Of a stretch of 64,000 bases of DNA, positions 58,350 to 64,000 are shown one piece after another. This stretch comes from Minisyncoccia bacterium (lineage in GTDB: Bacteria > Patescibacteriota > Minisyncoccia > Phycocordibacterales > UBA918), in NCBI GenBank assembly GCA_041742075.1, contig JBGSJJ010000004.1, positions 35,900 through 99,899 on the forward strand, given 5' to 3'. The first letter of the stretch is position 1. Every line of letters starts with the position of its first letter. The notes below the pieces were generated by a model that did not search any database, had not been told where the DNA came from, and saw only the letters and a list, made by a program, of their open reading frames with translations. Made by a program: the position numbers and the translations under genes.

Positions 58350-59855
58350 ATGAAGCAATTCAACCAACAACTCCAAAAGAAAGCTGACGCAGTAAAAATG
58401 CGAGTAGCAGAAAAGCGCGAACTGCGTGAGCGGGTTATTTCCTATATGGAGTATCATCCGCTTCCAGCCGAACTAAAAGTAGCGACAAAAAGTCGCACCG
58501 CTCTCGCGAAAGAAATCATGTCTGACCCATTTTGGGTGTTTAATATAAATACAAAGTATGTCCAAAGTGGCTTGGTACTTGGAGCCCTCATTCTGTTTGT
58601 AGGCGTACCGACTTTGGCTGAAAAGTCTCTTCCGGGTGATATTCTCTACAACATGAAAGTGAGTGTGAATGAAGAAATTCGTTCCACCCTCGCTTTTTCA
58701 CCATACGCAAAAGTGGAATGGGAAGCAGAGCGACTAGAGCGTCGATTGTCTGAAGCTCGACTCCTCTCTCAAGCCGGCCGACTCACTGAAGCAGTCGAGC
58801 AAGAAGTGGCAGATGCGGTTAAGAAGCACTCAGACTCAGCGCATGAAACTATTCTTGCTATGCACGAGACGGACAGTGAAAATGCCATTTTGGCTGAAAT
58901 AGCTTTTGCGTCGGTACTCGAAGCACAGGCTGACATTTTGAACCTACAAGGACCAGTCACATTGGCGGTATCAGACGCAACCGATGAACCAACAGTTGCA
59001 ACCACAATTGCTCTTGCGGTAGCAGATGCTCGTACACAGACCGAAAACTTTGACCCGTCAGCGGTGACGCCAGAAAAACTCTTTGCGCTCATTGAGCGAG
59101 ACACCACGTACGCCGAAGAATTATTTGGATCAATTAGCTCTGATACCTCAAAAGAGGAAGCCGATAGTATTGACAGACGGCTCGGTGACATTGGCCGTAA
59201 AGTAGTGTTGGCCCAAGAAAAAATGGCGATGTTGGTTGAAATGGGGATTACCGTCGAAACAGTTGAAGCCGCCAGTGACATACAACCGTCAACTGAAGTA
59301 CCAACTTCTACTGCCGAGCTTAGTGTGGCGCTTACCACCTCGTCAACCAACGTCCGAGAAGAAGAAACAAAACAACTGATCGCGTTACTTAGAACAGCTC
59401 TCACTGATACACGTAAGCTGATTAGTTTCATGACTGACATTGAAGTCAGAAACTCAGTTACTGTCGAGAACCTCGTCCCGATAACCCTAACCGATGAAGA
59501 ACGAACTCAGCTGGTTGAAAAACAATTACGCGAGATCGAGGTTCTTCGCGCTGAGATTGACACCCTAGTCATTGAGCCAATGCTTGAAGAAAAAATAGTT
59601 CCTGCGGTAGCGGAAGCAGTCGCGAAGGCAGAGCAAGCAACCGCAGCCCTGAAAAGCGGATTGCTGGCTGACGCAGAAGTGTTTGCTCGTGAATCCTTGG
59701 CACTTATAACTGATTCACGTGCCCTTCTCGTAGGCAGTGCCGTGCTCCCGGAAATTATTTCAGGTGACATTAGCACCAGTACTGCAACCAGTACCGAAGG
59801 GTCTCCGCTTGAAACTACGACCGAAGAAGCGACCAGTACGGAGCCAGAAGTGTAA
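58350..59855 (+). CDS. Putative anti-sigma factor (DUF5667-like)
   Basis: Coupled to ECF sigma; TM then SLPGDILYNMKV..E, RRLSEA. Confidence 0.75.
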   Translation: MKQFNQQLQKKADAVKMRVAEKRELRERVISYMEYHPLPAELKVATKSRTALAKEIMSDPFWVFNINTKYVQSGLVLGALILFVGVPTLAEKSLPGDILYNMKVSVNEEIRSTLAFSPYAKVEWEAERLERRLSEARLLSQAGRLTEAVEQEVADAVKKHSDSAHETILAMHETDSENAILAEIAFASVLEAQADILNLQGPVTLAVSDATDEPTVATTIALAVADARTQTENFDPSAVTPEKLFALIERDTTYAEELFGSISSDTSKEEADSIDRRLGDIGRKVVLAQEKMAMLVEMGITVETVEAASDIQPSTEVPTSTAELSVALTTSSTNVREEETKQLIALLRTALTDTRKLISFMTDIEVRNSVTVENLVPITLTDEERTQLVEKQLREIEVLRAEIDTLVIEPMLEEKIVPAVAEAVAKAEQATAALKSGLLADAEVFARESLALITDSRALLVGSAVLPEIISGDISTSTATSTEGSPLETTTEEATSTEPEV

Positions 59856-59946
59856 GGGCTCGTCGTATAACTAATAAAATACAGGCGAGCTGTGCTCGCC
59901 TGTATTTTATTAGGGATAGATTTGTACTATAATGCGCTTTTAGGGT

Positions 59947-60726
59947 ATGAATACAAAAATCTTAGCTATTCAATTTAGAAAAAGTCCCACCTCGGCACTA
60001 CTTGAACAGCAGAGTGTGGTACGAGAAATTGGAGCCTCAGCGGTGGTGGATTTTGTGTCGGCGCTTGAAGATAGCCTCGCCTGGGATTACCCAGAATCGT
60101 TTATGGAAGCGTACCAAGGAGTGATTTTGGGAGGCTCAGGCGATTTTGATTTTGATGGCGGGAGGGATGAATTTGATGAGGCAAAGCAGATATCCTTTGT
60201 GTTTCTTGAGAAGTTGCGTCCGCTTTGCGCGTATATATTTAGGCACGACATCCCAACGCTGGGTATATGTTATGGACACCAGATAGTAGGAGCCTTTGCC
60301 GGTGCGCAGGTTATAAACGACCATGAACAAAAAAAGAGTCGTTCACACGAAGTAACGCTTGTGGTCGATAAAAACGAACACCGTATTTTTGCCGATGTAC
60401 CCGATTCTTTCTTTGCTCACTACGGACATAAAGATTCACTGGATAGGGTGCCGGAAGGTGCCATACTTTTGATAGAAGGCGGTCGGGAATGTAAGGTGTC
60501 AGCCCTTCGCTACAAAAATAACATCTTCACTACCCAGTTCCACCCCGAACTCACCTTTGAAGATATGATTCTGCGCATTGAAGCTTCGCCCGGATATCTC
60601 CCAGAAGGGGTAGTGGCTGAAGAAGTGTTTCGGAAAGACCCGCATTCAAATAAGATTATTCAGAACTTTGGTACGTTTGTGGTGGAAGAAGCCAAGCGCT
60701 CGACAGAGAAAGATTTTTCCGTATAA
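59947..60726 (+). CDS. Class I glutamine amidotransferase (stand-alone)
   Basis: LGICYGHQ, QFHPE catalytic triad. Confidence 0.88.
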   Translation: MNTKILAIQFRKSPTSALLEQQSVVREIGASAVVDFVSALEDSLAWDYPESFMEAYQGVILGGSGDFDFDGGRDEFDEAKQISFVFLEKLRPLCAYIFRHDIPTLGICYGHQIVGAFAGAQVINDHEQKKSRSHEVTLVVDKNEHRIFADVPDSFFAHYGHKDSLDRVPEGAILLIEGGRECKVSALRYKNNIFTTQFHPELTFEDMILRIEASPGYLPEGVVAEEVFRKDPHSNKIIQNFGTFVVEEAKRSTEKDFSV

Positions 60727-60734
60727 TGGCTACC

Positions 60735-60854
60735 ATGCATACAAACACACGTTTCTACTGGTTTAGTTCGCGGAAACTCGGACAAGCTTTTGGTGTGTAG
60801 TTCTCTACTTCAAACCAGCCCCGAGTTTCCAGACTGGAAACTCGGGGCTGGTTT
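60735..60854 (+). promoter_or_regulatory. Leader peptide attenuator
   Basis: MHTNTRFYWFSSRKLGQAFGV* (60735-60800); terminator 60812-60854; antiterminator GGAAACTCGG 60772-60781. Confidence 0.6.
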
Positions 60855-60969
60855 CGTTTGTTGGCCGAGGTGAATGCTTAGCTTAGAGAGCAATCACCTC
60901 GGCACGCAATCCTGCGTGTTGAAACCAGCTACCGCTTAGGCGGATGAGCACAGTATAAGGACAGAAAGA

Positions 60970-61143
60970 ATGGGTACTGATACCAAAGACAATGCTTCTT
61001 TGCAGAAACAGCAGGGAGAAGTTGAGAAGAACAGCGGTGAGAACCGAACCGTTCCTTCGAAAATTGACCCGCACGCCCAGTTCGATGATGGAATGGGCGA
61101 CGAGCCGGTCGACAAGAAGAAATTTCGTCGAAGTGGCTGGTAG
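60970..61143 (+). CDS. 57-aa orphan ORF
   Basis: Manual translation MGTDTKDNASLQ...KKKFRRSGW*; SD-like taagga. Confidence 0.4.
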   Translation: MGTDTKDNASLQKQQGEVEKNSGENRTVPSKIDPHAQFDDGMGDEPVDKKKFRRSGW

Positions 61144-61328
61144 AGCCTCAAGCGGAAGCGACTGACATGCCAAGCAGGAGCCCAGTTCCTCTACCGCCTG
61201 CTAAGCCGGCGCCTACCAAGCCCGGAGAAGCACCAAAACCAACTAAGCCACTCCCACCACCTGGGTGGAGTTAGCTAAAGAGCAAAGGACGCCACCCTGG
61301 CGTCCTTTCTGATATTTGATTTGAACCG

Positions 61329-62402
61329 CTATTCGAGGTTGAACTTGAGCATTGTTTTTAAAAACGGGACGAGTGTTTGTGAAAAAATGTCGGCACGGAG
61401 CGGAAGGTCACCACTCACATTTTGAGCAAAGGAAAATCCTGTCTCTTCGGTGATGGTGCGGTCAATATATGAAAGCGAAACGGCTCGCAAACTACCAACC
61501 CCAAAACGAGTATCATCGCCACGGGTTGAAATTATACCAATCGCATTCCCGTTAGCATCGGCCACGGGTCCACCGGATGATCCTTGTTCACCAATACTAG
61601 TTCCAGCGATTGAAAATAAATCGACATTGTTCGAGCCAAACGTCATGAGCTCGGTAATCCTGGTACCCACCTCAATGCCCCTAAGTGGCGCGTTCGCCCC
61701 TTCCCGAGCTAAGACTTGTGCCGGGTACCCAGCAGCACGTACAGGCCCTTCTAGCGTCGTACGGGTTAGCAGGTTGGTGTCAACCGCGATGGCGGGGAAG
61801 AGAGCTGGCATCGGTGCGTCGTCGACACTACCGGTGACGTACAAAAGTGCATAGTCACGTTCACCCGTTCCTTGTGGTGAAGTTTCGCCGAGAAGCTTAG
61901 CATTTTCTTGCACCCAAGCAGGGGAAATGTAGAGCAGATCGGTTGTATAGGTTGGTACGGCAGGTGTGCCGGTGCGAATGATACATTCGCCACTTCCACC
62001 CATTATATCTTCAAGGAGTAAAAATTGTGCTACGTGCGCGTTCGTGAGAATAACGCCGTTTTCACTGACAAAAAATCCTGAGCCAGTCGTTGAACGCGTA
62101 TATTCTGGAGTGGTAAAAGTACAAAAAATATTTACCAAAGCTTCAAGCGGTGAGGCCGATTTCTGAGGTCGTAAAATACCATCAACGACCGACGCGCCTT
62201 GATAGACACTATTTTCAAGCAGGATTCTTGGAATACCACGTCCATCGTCGTGTTTGCTCGGAAGTTCAACCAGTTGGGCTTCTTCCGCTTTGGTTTGATT
62301 ATTTTCTACACTGAGGTAGGGAGCAATTACGCCAGCCAGGCTCGTCGTAAACGCCAGATAGAAAGCGAGGAGGCCAAATATGGTGTCAGTAATATAGTGC
62401 AT
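61329..62402 (-). CDS. Trypsin-like serine protease
   Basis: TGSGFFV, ILTNAHVA, DYALL, GSSGGPV. Confidence 0.9.
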   Translation of the reverse strand: MHYITDTIFGLLAFYLAFTTSLAGVIAPYLSVENNQTKAEEAQLVELPSKHDDGRGIPRILLENSVYQGASVVDGILRPQKSASPLEALVNIFCTFTTPEYTRSTTGSGFFVSENGVILTNAHVAQFLLLEDIMGGSGECIIRTGTPAVPTYTTDLLYISPAWVQENAKLLGETSPQGTGERDYALLYVTGSVDDAPMPALFPAIAVDTNLLTRTTLEGPVRAAGYPAQVLAREGANAPLRGIEVGTRITELMTFGSNNVDLFSIAGTSIGEQGSSGGPVADANGNAIGIISTRGDDTRFGVGSLRAVSLSYIDRTITEETGFSFAQNVSGDLPLRADIFSQTLVPFLKTMLKFNLE

Positions 62403-62468
62403 CTTGGCTATGAGTATAACAAATAACGCTAGAAATCTAGAGTGATAAGTGCTAGAATGGCGAACATT

Positions 62469-62539
62469 GCGGGCATAGTTTAGTGGTAAAATGTCTGCCT
62501 TCCAAGCAGAATATCAGGGTTCGATTCCCTGTGCCCGCA
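62469..62539 (+). tRNA. tRNA-Gly(TCC)
   Basis: GCGGGCA/TGCCCGC acceptor, TCTGC-CTTCCAA-GCAGA anticodon arm. Confidence 0.95.
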
Positions 62540-62656
62540 CATACTAGTGAGACCTATCGAGAGGCTTAAACACCTCACAAACATCGGTAAGTCCAGCTAA
62601 CAAAAAGATCACCCAACGGGGCGATCTTTTTGTTATTTAAGCACAATTTGAGTTAT

Positions 62657-63346
62657 TTAATATGGGATTCCAGTAAACAACTTCGCGGCCTTCAGAGTAT
62701 GAAGTGTGTTCATTGGTAAGTCGCCGGATAAATCATTCAACATTAATCTCGCAGCAACCTCTGGCTTCTTATCCCTATCGAGATATCCAATAGCAAAATC
62801 GACAACGTTTTTAAGAAAAGTTTTTGTGACAGTAACCCTATCTGTATATTCATTCACCTCCTTTGGAACAGAATACCCAACCACCCAAGCGTCATCATTG
62901 AAATCAACTCCATATTCGCCCGGGAATATTCCAGCGGTGTGTCCGTCAGCGCCAATGCCCATAGTGGCAATCACTACACCATCTCTATTTTGCTCTTTCC
63001 ACGTATGGAGTGCGAGATCAAATCGGTCACGTAACGCTTCCATAGTTTCACCTTCGAGCACTTTCGTGGAAATATAATTCACTCCTTGTTCAATGCAGGT
63101 TTTGTAGAAGCTTGTTTGCTCTAGTTGAGCGAAGTTATTTACTGCTGGATCAATGGAATAACGTTCATCAAGCACCGTAACAGTGATATGAGAACCAAGA
63201 ACAGTGGTCGGTACGAAGTCTAAAATGGTGAACGCAGATCCACCAGAAAGAATGAGAAGAATTGGCTTGACTTTATTCTCCTCCAATAAAACACCAAGCG
63301 CCTTGCCTGCATCTTCTTTTGGTGATGTAGTCTCGATAACCTCCAT
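62657..63346 (-). CDS. pgl: 6-phosphogluconolactonase family protein
   Basis: LSGGS, LDERY, MGIGADGHTAGIFP; downstream of gnd. Confidence 0.82.
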   Translation of the reverse strand: MEVIETTSPKEDAGKALGVLLEENKVKPILLILSGGSAFTILDFVPTTVLGSHITVTVLDERYSIDPAVNNFAQLEQTSFYKTCIEQGVNYISTKVLEGETMEALRDRFDLALHTWKEQNRDGVVIATMGIGADGHTAGIFPGEYGVDFNDDAWVVGYSVPKEVNEYTDRVTVTKTFLKNVVDFAIGYLDRDKKPEVAARLMLNDLSGDLPMNTLHTLKAAKLFTGIPY

Positions 63347-63347
63347 A

Positions 63348-64000
63348 CTATTCTTTCGCAATTACTTTGTGTCCACCAAACTGATTACGCATAGCAGCGA
63401 CGAGCTTGCCAAGATATGACTCTTGCTCTCGTGTTTTCTTTCTTTGTGCGAGTGCGGCTTCAAGTACTTTCACATCACCTAGAGTGGTAATATGCTCCAT
63501 TTCAAATTCAGTTTCACCTTGAGGCACTTCTCCCTTGATGGCGTCGATCTGACCTTCTTCATATGCTTCACGGAGCCACGAAACAAGCTTGCTCGTGATA
63601 ATACTTTCGTGCTCGTAAGGTTTGAGTACCGCACGAAGATCAATTCCAAATTCGTCTTCATGCTCATGGAGCACCGTCATCCCTTCAGCAATTGCACCCA
63701 TCATGCCGTACTCAATGCCGTTGTGAATCATCTTTACAAAATGCCCAGCTCCTTCCTTACCTACACGAGCGTAGCCATCTTTTGCGGCCAGCGCTTTGAA
63801 TATGTGTTCGTGATCAGAAAACACATCTACGCCCCCACCGACCATAATTGAAGCTCCATGCCGTGCACCTGTCATGCCACCTGAAGTACCACAGTCGAGA
63901 AAGTTGAGATCCTTGGTCTTCAATTCTGCATGTCGTCTAATCGAATCTTTATAAAAACTATTTCCTCCGTCAATAATAGTATCGCCACTCGCAAGAAGTG
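63348..64000 (-). CDS. gnd: 6-phosphogluconate dehydrogenase, short form (5' truncated by window)
   Basis: IIDGGNS, DCGTSGG, GAGHFVKMIHNGIEYG, AAMRNQFGGH. Confidence 0.95.
   Translation of the reverse strand, partial: LLASGDTIIDGGNSFYKDSIRRHAELKTKDLNFLDCGTSGGMTGARHGASIMVGGGVDVFSDHEHIFKALAAKDGYARVGKEGAGHFVKMIHNGIEYGMMGAIAEGMTVLHEHEDEFGIDLRAVLKPYEHESIITSKLVSWLREAYEEGQIDAIKGEVPQGETEFEMEHITTLGDVKVLEAALAQRKKTREQESYLGKLVAAMRNQFGGHKVIAKE

Noticed and set aside
61170-61212. RNase P RNA on minus strand (GAGGAAC..GGGCTCC, CCGGCTTA)
   Set aside because: Motifs are incomplete and in the wrong order
1-64000. CRISPR array or cas genes
   Set aside because: No regularly spaced 25-45 bp repeats with unique spacers seen; no cas-like ORFs

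Overview
Chromosomal window around the replication origin of a small-genome bacterium. Gene content, short or absent leaders and a VirB4/PrgI/pilin locus suggest Patescibacteria/CPR (Parcubacteria-like; inference). The genetic code is standard code 11. Core genes: ruvB end, yebC, ruvC, tyrS, PBP1A, dnaN, oriC, dnaA, rpmH, rnpA, yidC, a 13.5 kb T4SS-like/pilin cluster, rsmA, pcrA, LysM-M23, comM, dksA-like, pnp, NYN, rpsO, xerC-like, Clp ATPase, xth, cca, yraN, corA, ECF sigma/anti-sigma, pgl and gnd, plus five tRNAs (Ala-GGC, Arg-TCG, Gly-GCC, Pro-TGG, Gly-TCC). The most striking unexplained structure is non-coding. Four of the five tRNAs are followed by modular fold-back elements built from sense and antisense copies of their own 3' ends. 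Shared spacer modules show compensatory base changes between tRNAs, and at tRNA-Ala two identical 116-bp units bracket a csoR metal cassette. Also seen: nine parS-like sites in and around yraN, a second palindromic motif (TGTCCTTTA/TAAAGGACA), several promoter-to-terminator structured ncRNA candidates, and an aromatic leader-peptide attenuator. All calls are by eye; no database searches or folding were run.
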